Below, one piece after another: positions 24,220-36,782 of a DNA stretch of 64,000 nt (position 1 is its first letter; each line of letters begins with the position of its first letter). The stretch is from Octopus bimaculoides (lineage: Eukaryota), in NCBI RefSeq assembly GCF_001194135.2, contig NC_068987.1, forward strand, positions 49,940,273 to 50,004,272, written 5' to 3'. A program made the position numbers and the translations under genes. Below the pieces are notes generated by a model. The model saw only the letters and a program-made list of their open reading frames with translations, had not been told where the DNA came from and did not search any database.

Positions 24220-27200
24220 TTAATGGGTATATATACGTGTTTCTAGTAAATATTTCTTCCGGCTCTTTACGTTCTAATTTCAAATCCAGCTGAAGTCAAT
24301 TTCACCTTTCATCCTTTCATTGAAGTATTGGAAGAAATGAGTTGGCACGCATACACATATGTTGTTGTTTTTAATAATGGTGTGGTCAAATGTCATGCAG
24401 TTCTATGTCATAATTGAGGTCCGTGTACATGTGGAACAACAACCATTTTCATGTTATCAAATCCTACATACGTAATTCAGCTTCAGTTACCCTTATTCTA
24501 ATCTGCCTTGTTGATCGTGTAAGATTTTCTCGTTTAACAACCCTCACCTCTACATTTGGCTTCTGTTCGAGACACCACCCACGCGTGGTGTGACGTTCTT
24601 TAATGCTTGTTTAACGATGTAAACAAATAGGATGCGCCCTCTCTTTCAGAACACCCCTACATAGAAACAAACTGCACAATTATTCCTGTTGTTTTTTATA
24701 ATTTTAAATGTTGATAAGTAGCATATAAATACACGAACAATACCTAGATTTATAATAAACATATGGGAATACAGCTTAAGAAAGTTTTTAAAAATTTACT
24801 GTTTAACGCATGAATTAAGTTATGCTTCATTATGATTTGTAAACATTGGCATACAGCTATAGATATGCAAGGAAGAATACAGTCAATCGAAATTAATATT
24901 AGCATGCAATATACATTTTAACGATCGTAGAAGGGCGGAAGACTAATAGTTTCTGAAAAATTTGGACTCCGAAATACAGATTCAGCAGTGAATGTGCAGT
25001 CCCAGTGAGTTAGACTCAACTAGTTTCGACATCACTTTTCATATGTTAGACCTGTAAGTAATAGTAAACACTGCAACAGTAGGTAGGTAGATAGATAGAT
25101 AGATGCATATATTTATACTTCTGCATATATTTGTACACGCACGCAGCACATTCCTGTTCACATTGTTAAAAACAACACACCTAAATCATACACACACACA
25201 CATCAACACAAAGAACGGTTTCTGATTTAGGCACATGGCTGGCATTTTAAAAGGGAGGGGTTAGTCGTTGCAATCAACCCAGTACTTCGTTGGTACTTTT
25301 ATCGACATCTAACTGACGGAAGACTTCGGTAGGATTTGAAACCAGAACGTAAAGCGCCGGAAGAAATACCGCATGATATTTTGTCTAACTTTAATCGATA
25401 TAATGTAGCGCGTGTGTATATGTTATAGGTATGTATATATGTACATGCAAACTATGTAAATAATTATATACATATATAGACATATATTACACACACGTAT
25501 ATATAGATTGATAGATATACGTGTTCATATGCGCGCGTGCGAGGTTATTTACTTGCTTATTAACCAACACAACTCGAATGTTAATTAAAAAAGATTTTTT
25601 TAAAATTAAGCCTTTCGTTTTTTTTTCTTCAAATGATGCCTTTAGTAGTATTCCCATACGGACAGGAAATAATGATGATAGTGATGCTGTTATATAAGTA
25701 TCTCGCTAAACTCTTTTAAAAGTCCCGTGTCCGAACTAACAAACACGCCAAAAGATTTATTTCATCATCCCCATTAATAACAACATTATTATGGAATTAT
25801 TTTGAATAAGAAGTGTAAATGAAGTTAAAACAAAAAAAAGATCCTACGAGAAATATTTAAAAACAATAACTTGAAAAAAAAAACGAAAATTGAGTTGTAT
25901 TTTTATTCATTTATTATAAAAGAAAATTAATTGTGCCTGGTGTAGTGTGGATTTGAATTCCGTTTTATTTTGGTCGTGAAGGCATTCTTTATTTGTTTGG
26001 GATGAAAACAATAGAAAAAAATGAAAAGAAGAAAAAGTACGGAAGGCTAGATGTGCAGAAAATGTGTTTCTACCTCCGTATTCTGTCCTTGACCGATATA
26101 CAATATGGTAAACAATATTTTCTTTCGCATCTGGATGACACGCAAATAATAACAAATAAAACTTATTTCATAACAAATAAAACTAGTTATCATTAATCCA
26201 TTTTTATATTGCTTTTTCTCTTCCACTTAAGAAATAAATAGTTACTAATACTATAGAAATGAAAGAAATTTAAATTATATTCTTTTTTTTTCCTTTCTTT
26301 AATTTTACCGATTTTGTTAAGCTCTTCTCGGTTACATAGGGACAAGTGGATAAGACTTTTGCTATCTGGTTATTGGAGTCGTAAATTCAAATACTGTGAA
26401 AATATCCTGTTTTGAGCAGCATCAGTTCATTTCTCTTTGCTTTGGTGACATACAGCAGGATTTTCTGAAGAAAAGATAGTTAAGGCATGGAAACAAGAAT
26501 TATGATGTTTCGTGTTGTCATCCAGAAAGTGAAAGTACTGATGTCATCAAAGATCGGCATATCTGAATGGATGTAAAATACTGTTCAGTGGTACTCAACT
26601 AAATTCGCTAATGAAATGGAGCTGGGAGAATGTTTTTCCGTTTTTCTTTGAAATTGGAGATTGAGCTATGTGAAAAGCATTATATCATACGGGAACATTG
26701 AAAGTGTGATTAACTTTCTTGCATCATTGGAAATAATTAATTCCTAATTTAGCAGCAATGAATCAATGTTGTAATGGTTCTGTTTAATGACTTGTCTCAC
26801 ATATTTAGATGGAAAAGCTTGGTAGTGTTAGACAAAATTCTTTCTTCACTCGGTCTCATATCCTGTTGTTGGGCTTTAGGCATTGGTGGACAGTTGTTGA
26901 AAGAAAACAATGTTGTTATGGAGCAGGTTGGTGTTGGTAGTGGAGCAGTAGTTAACTGTTGTAACTATTTTAGAGTTATATGTGCTATAGCAGTAGTTAA
27001 CTTGTAGTTGTATTTTAGAGATGTATGTGCTATGTGGTAGATCAATCATCCTATACAGATTGGTGGAAATGGTTTACAAAATTTATTAAATGTCTTCCAC
27101 AGTGTTATCCAGTCTAATTCTTATATTTTAGTCTATTATTAAACAAATTAAAATAAAATAAATCAAAAGAAATTCACAAAAACAAAATCAGATTTTACTA

Positions 27201-28734
27201 ACACCATTTTGTTAAATTCCAATTTTCTTTCCTTTCAAAGGAAATTCCTTCACTTTCCCGACTAAGTTTCCGGCAAATGACAATCTCTGCCACTTCAGTA
27301 GTTTCATTTTCTCAATCACAAAACAAAACTTTGTCACAAGAATTACACACCAGACCTGGGGATACTTGTAACTTTTCAAGAAGACCTATGATCTAAATGT
27401 TCCGACCACAATCATCTTCTCTCTTCGTCAGCCACTAGGATTACATTATCCAACATGTCTTTTATTTGTTTGTTTTTTCTAAAATGATAAGATGAAATTT
27501 TAGAAAGATTTAGGTGCTTTTTCTCATAAGTTCATGTGGAACTCACTTTTTTTAATGCCAGCATTGGAAACAGATACTAAATGATGATGATGATGACAGG
27601 TCTTGGGTAAAGGATTGTGCTTATGGCCTTCGTAAACCACCTAAACCTGACCAGATCAACATAATTAATGTTCCTCTTGAGTAGTTTTGATTTGTAACTG
27701 AAAAATGTGAGAGTAGGGTATTCCAAAAGGGTCAGCATTCTGGAAAGGGAGGACTGAACCCAGATGGTCGATAATTGATAAAAAAAAATCAATTGTTCAG
27801 AGATTTTAGCAATAATATCTCTATGAAATTCAGATATATATTGACCAAAATTAAGGTTATTTCTTTTGTAGCTGTATTCTTTTCTCTATCTAGACATTGT
27901 TTTCTCAAATAGCTTTTATCTTTCAAATAATCATTCATTGTATTGGTACAAGCTGACTGTTTGTAGGGGAGAAGTTATCTTTGATTGAATTAACTTCGTT
28001 ATCTGTCTTGCTCTTGCTTTATTGAAATACAGCAGTGTCTCAAGTAATATAGTTGAGATAATTTAATCAAAATCATCTATGCATTTAGTTGACAAAATCT
28101 CTGTGTGTACATGAAATCTAAAAGTAAGCAAGAGAGACAATTTCTTTAAGATCAATCAACAGAAATTTTGAAACCTTTAAAAAATTCAGACCATATTCCT
28201 GAGATATTTTCTCTCAGCTGTAACTCCGAACAAGAACTCTTACATGACAATTGGAGCTTTTTGGATCTCTTCACATGAGACAACACCTTGAGTGCTGGTT
28301 GCATGATTCAATGCACCCAATGCAGTGCCACCTTAAGGCATGACCTCACTGGGTAGATACTCAGGGTTCTCACAGTTCTTGGGGCCCAATTCTAATCTAT
28401 ATATGCTGTGGCTTGCTGTCAGTAAGTAAATACAATAGGGTCCAGTGCACTGATTTGCACAGGGGTCTATAATGCTGCTAAAATGATCCTGATCTAGTGC
28501 ACTCTGTAAAGTGGTTTATATTAGAAAGGGTATCCAATGTTAGAAAAAACAAGCCCAAAATAGAGAACATATGAATACGTGAACTTCTCAAGCTGCATTA
28601 CAAGATACCTGTTTAAGTGGGGGTTCAAATAAGAATTGTTGAGCAACTTTACTATTCTCTGATCTGGCTCCAATAGGATCAGGAAGCTTCCACATGGTTG
28701 TACAAACTGTGAAAGAAACATCATCATCGTCATC

Positions 28735-29050
28735 ATCATCATCATCATTTAATGTCTGTTTTCCATGCTGGCATGTGTTGGATGGTTTGACTGGAAACTG
28801 GTAAGCTGGAGTGCTGCACCAGGTTTCAATCTGATCTGGCATGGTTTCTATAGCTGGATGCCCTTCCTAATGCCAACCACTCCAACAGTGTAGTGGGTGC
28901 TTTTTACGTACCACCAGTACAGGTGCCAGTTACGAAACACCAACATCAGCCATGACTATGATCTCACTTGGCTTGACAGGTTTTCTCAAGCACAGTATAT
29001 CGCTAAGGGTCCCGGTCACTTGTTACTGCGTCCGTGGGGCCCATCACTCA
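28735..29050 (-). mobile_element. RTE-tail repeat (LINE 3'UTR or SINE sharing it)
   Basis: (ATC)n-TTTAATGTCTGTTTTCCATGCTGGCATG...GGATGCCCTTCCTAATGCCAACCAC; similar at about 1290-1520, 32180-32460, 33050-33260 (+) and 3430-3640, 17995-18160 (-). Confidence 0.8.
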
Positions 29051-30618
29051 ATGGATACTTTTTATGCGTATCTTCATGATGATCATCATCATCCTCATAA
29101 TCATAAATTGTCCATTAATAGTCATTGATGACTATTAATGGTCAATAGTCATGTGTTGTAGTATAAAAATAGATTACTCTCTTTCGCTGGTTTCTGTCCT
29201 AAGCTGCTGTGGTTCAGCTGTAGGTGTCTTGTCTTGTATTTATCTTCATCCTTGTTTCTAAATTAGGGGTATGGATATAAGTACAGGAATGAAATTTGCT
29301 TAGTGGGTGTAAAGTCAGGTCCAACCCAAGTATTTTCATGCACATACAAAGTTTCACCTTGCTTACCTTTATGAGGCAGATTGAGAATGTTGAACAAATT
29401 GAATCTTTGTAGTCACTGTCAACCTTTCCCATGTGAAAGTTAGCTATACACACCCCGCATATATAACTAGAAGGTAAAGATAACTAGATGAGGTTAATTT
29501 GATTAATGTTTAGTTTAAATTGTAGGGAGTTAGAGACTAAAAAATAAATAAATAAATGGACGGGGTGTGAAGCTCTTGGGAAAACCAGTTGAGTGAAGAG
29601 TTCAGACCACATACATGAGATATGGCCAAGGTAATGGGAAGAGGAGAGTAAAGAACATTGTGTTGTTCTTTAGCTTCAATTCAATCTTGATAATGTAGGC
29701 CTCTGTTCAGAAGCATCTTTTTAAGACTATAAAGACTGTTTAATCTAATGAATTCTTACCTTAATTTGGATGCTAAGGTGTAATTTAAGATAGATTTGAA
29801 CTAAGAACATAAAGAATGTAACTAAATACCAGTATTCATTTTGTCTGGCACTTCACAAATTCTGCCACCAACTACTTTGTAATAGATAATAAATAATGAC
29901 ATCTAACTTAGACACAAAGTCATTAATATTTGTTGGGGAGAAGGTGACAAGCTGGCAGAGTTGTTACCATACCAGGCAAAATACTTAGTGGCATTTCGTT
30001 TTGTCTTTATGTCCTAAGTTCAAATTCCATCAAGGTCATCTTTTGCGGGCGATAAAATACTGGGGTCAATGTAATCAATGTAATCAATGTAATTACTTCC
30101 CTGTAATTGCTGGCCTCATGCCAAAATTTGAAACCAATATTTGTTGGGGAAAGAAACAGGCAATGTATTTCATCTTAGTATTTGACTAGTATTTTTATTT
30201 CATAGAACTAAGACGGGTGAAAGGCAATATTAATCTCAATGAGAATTGGAACTTGGAGTATGAAGAGATTTTACCAAGGCTTTACAGATTCTGCCAATAA
30301 AATATTTTCAGAATTCCAATAAAAGCATTGAAGTTGACCCGTATTCTTTTATTCTTTCATTTTCTTACTTGTTCGACCATTGGATTGTGGCCATGCCAAG
30401 GCACTGCCTTGAAGGATCTAGTCAAACAAATTGACCCTAGTACTTATTCTTTAAAGTCTAGTATCTATTCTATTGGTTCCTTTTGCTGAACTGCTTTATG
30501 TTGAGTTGAACAACAGACTAGAAGTCCCACCCAAGAATTTATTGTAAGCTTTACTCCCTAACATTTTTTCTGTCAAGACAGTGAAGTTATTTGTCCATAG
30601 CTGAGATCCCATAATCCT

Positions 30619-30954
30619 GTACAGTGGTCCATATCAGATAGAGTGTCGGGCTCACGATCATGAGGTAGTGAGTTCAATTCTCAGACCGGGCTGTGTGTTG
30701 TTTTCTTGAGCAAGATACTTAATTTTACATTGCTCCAGTTCACTCAGCTGTAGAAATGAGTTGCAATGTCACTGGTACCAAGCTGTATCGGCGTTTGCTT
30801 TTCCCTTGGATAATATCAGTGGCATGGGGAGGGAAGGCTGGTATGTATGGGTGACTGCTGGACTTCCATAAACAACCTTGCCCAGACTTGTGCCTTGGAG
30901 GGGAACTTTCTAGATGCAATCCCATGGTCGTTCATGACCGAAGGGGTCTTTTAC
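30619..30954 (+). mobile_element. SINE family D (tRNA-like head; CTTGAGCAAGATACTT core)
   Basis: A/B-box-like head followed by a conserved-looking core; related head on the minus strand at about 58540-58650. Confidence 0.6.
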
Positions 30955-33900
30955 ATCTGAAACTAGTTTAGATCATGACTCATGACAAGTAGATTCATCG
31001 TGCTCTGAAGTCTTGACTGAGGTTACTATCCACTACCTAGATAAATACTCGCATAAGATTGCAAGCTGTATCAGACAAAATACTTAGCTGTATTTCATCT
31101 GCTTGTATGTTCTGAGTTCAAATGTCACTGAAGTCTACTTTGCCTCTTGACCTTTCTGGGTTGATAAAATAAGCCTCAGTCGAGCACTGACATTGATGCA
31201 TTTATAGGTACAGATTTGGCTGTATGGTTAAAAAGCTTACTTCACAACCATGTGATCTTGAGTTCAGACCCACAGTTGAAGCACTGGAAATTTAGACAAA
31301 ATCTTAGTATGGTGATTATTTTCAAAAGTGCACAGCCTATCTGGCATTGGAAACAGCTAGGGACCAAAACTGCATTAAATATAGCTTGACATAAAATCAA
31401 ACAATAATGTGCATTGCTTCTATCCCAGACTGATCGATGCCTTGTGAGTAGATTTGGTAGATGGAAGCTGAAAGAAGCTCTCTCTCGTGTGTGTGTGCGT
31501 GTGTGCTCCTACCACTGCTTGACAACTGTTGTTGGTTTATTTACATACCTGCAACTCAGTTGTTTGGCGAAAGAGACCAATAGAATAAGTAATGGGTTTA
31601 AAAATATGTACTGGGGTTCAATTGTTGAACTAAACTCTTCAAAGTGGTGCCCCAGCATGGCTACAATCTAATGAGTGAAATAAATAAAAGGTAAAACATT
31701 CACATTACCATTGCTGTAAAAAAAAAAAATCAAATTTTGCTTTGTCACTCTGACAGTTTAGTCACTTTCATTAGCACATAATTTTAAAACTTAGTCTAGT
31801 AACACAAACATATCAATTTGTTTAATTGACTTTCTTTCTCTGTGACCTTATTCTTTTTTATACCAATACCAGGTTATCAATAGACTCTATTTAAATAATA
31901 TCTATTCATTTAATTTGATACGCTCCTATAATTTTCCTCATAGGTGTAGGCATGGCTGTGTGGTTAGCTTGTTCACTTTGTAGCCATGTGATTTCTGGTT
32001 CAGTTCCACTACATGGCACCTTGAGCAAGTGTCTTCTACTATAGCCCTAGGCCAACAAATGAATTTGGGAAAAATAATAAATGTGCATGTGTGTGTGATA
32101 TTAGGTTGGAAAGGACGTTCCATCACATTTCAAGATGGAAAAGAAACAAATGCTTCTTTGGTGTTAATTGATACATTTAATGAAGATACCGTGCAGCAAC
32201 ATGTAAAAGTGTCTGTGCAGTACCACGTAAAAGCGCCTGTGTGATGCCACATAAACGCATTCGTGTGGTGCCATGTAAAGCATCCAGTACACTCTGCAAA
32301 GTGGTTGGTGTTAGGAAGGGCATCCAGCCATAGAAACCACACCAATTCAAACAGGAGTCTGGTGCAGCTCCCCGGCTTGTCAGCTCTGGTCAAACTATCC
32401 AACCCATTCCAGCATGGACAACAGATGTTAAATGATGATGATAATGAGGATGATGAATGGAGATAACAATTCCTCACATTATTTGTTCTCACATTGCTTG
32501 ATAGCTGATGTTGGTTAGTTTACATTCCTGTCACTTAACAGTTCAGTAACAAAGACCAATAGAAGAAGTTATGAGGCTTTAAAAATAAGAACTGGTGTAA
32601 ATTTGTTCAACTGAAATCCCTCAGGGCAGTGCTTCAGCATGACCTCAGTCCAATAACTGAAATAAGTAAAAGAATAAAAGAATACTGGCATACTTCAATG
32701 TTTTTATTGGAACTGTTATAATAACTTCTGTTCATCAAAGAATTGAATTTATGCTATTAAATATAAAAGTTTTAATGAAGATTACATGGGACAAACAAAA
32801 CTTTCTTTGAGAACCAGACTCACTATTCAAAGGCAACAAATATGAGACTAAAACTTAACATTCCTCTCAGTGAATACTTTGACATATGTTCAGCAAACCA
32901 TGTTTATCACTAAGGGTATGCACTGGATGACACTGCCTCCTCATATTCAATGGTGCACCCTCAAATTTACAGTGTTATACTTATTTTGAAACTCCACTTT
33001 AGCATTATTACAAATTAGTGCCCACTTCCCTCAGGGTTTGTAGTCTTACAAGCTGCATGGTGATGTCAACAGTGCTGGTTGCAAGTAAAAAGTATCCAAT
33101 ACATTCTGTAAAGTGGTTGGTGTTAGGAATGATAACCAACCATAGAAAACATGTCAAAGCAGACATTGGAGTACAATGCAATCCTTAAACCTATTGAATC
33201 CTGTTAAACTGTCCAACCCAAGCCAGCATGAAATGTGGATGTTAAATAAGGATGATAATAATAAATGAGATTGACATCTTTCAGTTTCTATCTACTGAAT
33301 TAACTCACAATATTTTGTTTGGCCCTCAGCCATAGTACAGGACATTAGCCAAGGTGCCATGCAATGGGATTGAACCCAAAACCATGCCACTGGGAAGCAA
33401 ACTTCTTAACCACACAACCTCACCTACACCCAACCATGCCTGTGCATCGCATTCTCAATTACACAAGAGAAGGCCTATCATTCCATCTTCTAAAATTACA
33501 TATACTTTGTTTTTCATATTTACTATACTATTTTATCTTTAATAAATGATTTGTCAGTTAATATTAGGAGGATAGGCTGTTCCACAAATATCTAATATAG
33601 TGAGATGTCCTACTTCAAATTAGGAATTAACCCTAACATTACTATATTTCTTTTGAAATACACTACTTTTGTTTCAGTTAGTAGTGAAAATAATGAGGAA
33701 TCTGGTCAAATAACTTTTGCTAATATTAAGCTGGTATAACAGAATTGTTAGCATGCCAGGAAAAATGTTTAACGTTCTGAGTTCAGATTCCATCAAAGTT
33801 GACTTTGTCTTTCATCCTTTTGGAGTTGATAAAATAAGCACCAAAATTTGAAACCAATATTAAGCTAGTGTTTGGAACATAAAATTTAATATGAAATTTA

Positions 33901-34169
33901 GCATGAAATTTTGATAGAAAGTTTTAATTTAAATCACTTTAAAACAATGAATTTATAGTAGAGAATCAGGAGCAGTCTCTGGCAGCTTGATATCAAAAGT
34001 ATTTTATAGTATTAAATATTCATGAACAGATAACACAGGGTGGGCCAAAATTGGCAGACTATATATATTAATCTTTTAACCTTTTACTTGTTTCAGTCAT
34101 TTGATTGTGGCCATGGTGTAGCACTATCTTGAAGGGTTTTTAGTTGAAGAAATTAACCCCAGCTTCTTA

Positions 34170-34211
<42 letters not shown>

Positions 34212-34214
34212 GCA

Positions 34215-34245
<31 letters not shown>

Positions 34246-34274
34246 AGAATCAGCTCCAGTACAATTTGGAGAGA

Positions 34275-34860
34275 GATTTCAGATACCGCCTTGTCACCTC
34301 CTAAGTCCTCATGGACAACACTACAGTCCTTTCCACAAAGGGAGATGAAACACCCAAGATGTTGAAAGAGGTGGACAAAGTAGCCGCATCTTCCAGAATG
34401 AAGTTCAAACCAAAGAAATCGTACAGCTTTTTTCTGCAGAAAGGAAAACTAACAGAAACAGTTGTGTTCACTGTAGCCAATCAAAATATCCCAATTAGTG
34501 GCAGAGGAACCAATCAAAAGCCTTGGAAGGGGAACTGAAACCAAACAAATGGTAGGAAAAGGTCTGCAAGTCATTGAGCAGTGAGGCCTCTCTCGCAAAT
34601 ACAAGGCTTGGTGTTTGAGTTCATGTTAATCCTAAGGCGATTTAAATGCACAAGTCTCCAAAATCCAAGTGGTTAAAAAGTGTCAGCAGAAGGGCACCCT
34701 GGAGTCATGACCTGGTTGCATCCTGGTCCCCTTAGAGTGTAAGAAGTTAAGGACCAAAACATTTACCTGAGTGGAGTTTTTTCTCTGAAGACCTTCTTCT
34801 ATTCTACTCTCTTGAGAGTTTCTTACCACTGTAAGAGTTATTAGTGAGGGATTATCAATC
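34275..34860 (+). mobile_element. Hero/R2-group non-LTR retrotransposon RT fragment
   Basis: MDNTTVL...RMKFKPKKSYSFFLQKGK...NIPI resembles the post-FMDD RMKFKPxKSRS motif as I recall it for Hero-like elements; frameshifted. Confidence 0.55.
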
Positions 34861-35285
34861 CAGGCAAAATACTTCATAAGCTCTCTGTTAGCACACTATT
34901 TTTACAATACTGTGGCAGTATTCTTAGTGTTTCCCTTCCAAATCATCACTTGTCTTCCCATTTCCTCTTTATCTCTCTTTCGTTTGCCTCTTTCCCTTCA
35001 ACTCCTGCCCCCATGTCTGTACCGTTCCTTCAGTGTTCTGCTTTGTTATTATCAGAAATGGCTCTGACAAAGGTAGCATTCATTTTTCAGGTCGTTCAAC
35101 TTTTCTCAACTGATCAATAGACCAACTGAGTAAACCTGTCAGTAACAAACCAATAATGACTAGTGGAGCAGCCATAAGCAAAATTTACTGCAATAAAGAA
35201 AAGAATATACAATGACCATTGTTTATACCTTGTTTTGTATGTATAATGTGAGTGTGTGTGTGTGTGTATGTGTGTGTGTGTGTGT

Positions 35286-36305
35286 ATCATCATCGTTTAA
35301 CGTCCGCTTTCCATGCTAGCATGGGTTGGACGATTTGACTGAGGACTGGTGAAACCGGATGGCAACACCAGGCTCCAGTCTAATTTGGCAGAGTTTCTAC
35401 AGCTGGATGCCCTTCCTAACGCCAACCACTCAGAGAGTGTAGTGGGTGCTTTTACGTGTCACCCGCACGAAAACGGCCACGCTCGAAATNNNNNNNNNNN
35501 NNNNNNNNNNNNNNNNNNNNNNNNNNNNNNNNNNNNNNNNNNNNNNNNNNNNNNNNNNNNNNNNNNNNNNNNNNNNNNNNNNNNNNNNNNNNNNNNNNNN
35601 NNNNNNNNNNNNNNNNNNNNNNNNNNNNNNNNNNNNNNNNNNNNNNNNNNNNNNNNNNNNNNNNNNNNNNNNNNNNNNNNNNNNNNNNNNNNNNNNNNNN
35701 NNNNNNNNNNNNNNNNNNNNNNNNNNNNNNNNNNNNNNNNNNNNNNNNNNNNNNNNNNNNNNNNNNNNNNNNNNNNNNNNNNNNNNNNNNNNNNNNNNNN
35801 NNNNNNNNNNNNNNNNNNNNNNNNNNNNNNNNNNNNNNNNNNNNNNNNNNNNNNNNNNNNNNNNNNNNNNNNNNNNNNNNNNNNNNNNNNNNNNNNNNNN
35901 NNNNNNNNNNNNNNNNNNNNNNNNNNNNNNNNNNNNNNNNNNNNNNNNNNNNNNCATTCTCACCACATGTCCATACCAGCGCAATCATCTCTCTTGCACA
36001 CCACAACTGATGCTTCTAATGTTCAGCTTTTCTCTCAAGATACTTACACTCTGACGGGTATTCACATTGACATTACACATCCAATGGAGCATACTGGCTT
36101 CATTCCTTGCGAGCTTACGTATGTCCTCAGCAGTTACAGCCCATGTTTCACTGCCATGTAGCATGGCTGTTCGTATGCATGCGTCATACAGTCTGCCTTT
36201 TACTCTGAGTGAGAGTCCCTTTGTCGCCAGCAGGGGTAAGAGCTCTCTAAACTTTGCCCAGGCTATTCTTATTCTAGCAGCTACACTTTCAGCGCACCCA
36301 CCCCC
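35286..36305 (-). mobile_element. RTE-clade LINE 3' portion (RT C-terminus plus 3'UTR with (GAT)n tail), spans a gap
   Basis: ARIRIAWAKFRELLPLL...LYDACIRTAMLHGSETW...RWYGHVVRM; the CpG-retaining 3'UTR suggests a young copy. Confidence 0.9.
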
Positions 36306-36722
36306 AATGTATATATTCTTTATTCTTTTACTTGTTTCAATCATTTGACTGCAGCCATACTGGAGCACCACCTTGAAAGGTTATGCTTGAAAAAATCAAC
36401 CCTGGGGCTTATTTTTATGCCTAGTACTTATTCTATTCGCCTCTTTAGCCAAACTGCTAAGTTACAGGGATGTAAACACACCAACATTGGTTGTCAAGAG
36501 TTAATGGAGGGGGAACACAGACACAAAGACACACATGCATAGATACATACATATATACAAATATATGATGGGGTTCTTTCAGTTTCCATCTACCAAATAC
36601 ACTCACAAAGCTTTGGCTTGCCTGAAGCTATAATAGAAGACACTTGCCCATGGTACCACGTAGCAGGACTGAATCTGGAATCATGTTGTTGGGAAGCAAA
36701 CTTCTTACCATACAGCCATGCT

Positions 36723-36724
<2 letters not shown>

Positions 36725-36781
<57 letters not shown>
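36725..36781. repeat. (AT)n microsatellite
   Basis: Directly visible. Others: (CA)n 34169-34243, (AT)n about 42450-42512, (CT)n 63945-64000. Confidence 0.95.

Positions 36782-36782
<1 letters not shown>

Noticed and set aside
26400-27000. Possible decayed coding or retroelement sequence (also 17200-17930 and 29200-29760)
   Set aside because: Multiple stops in all frames and no motif I could assign with confidence.
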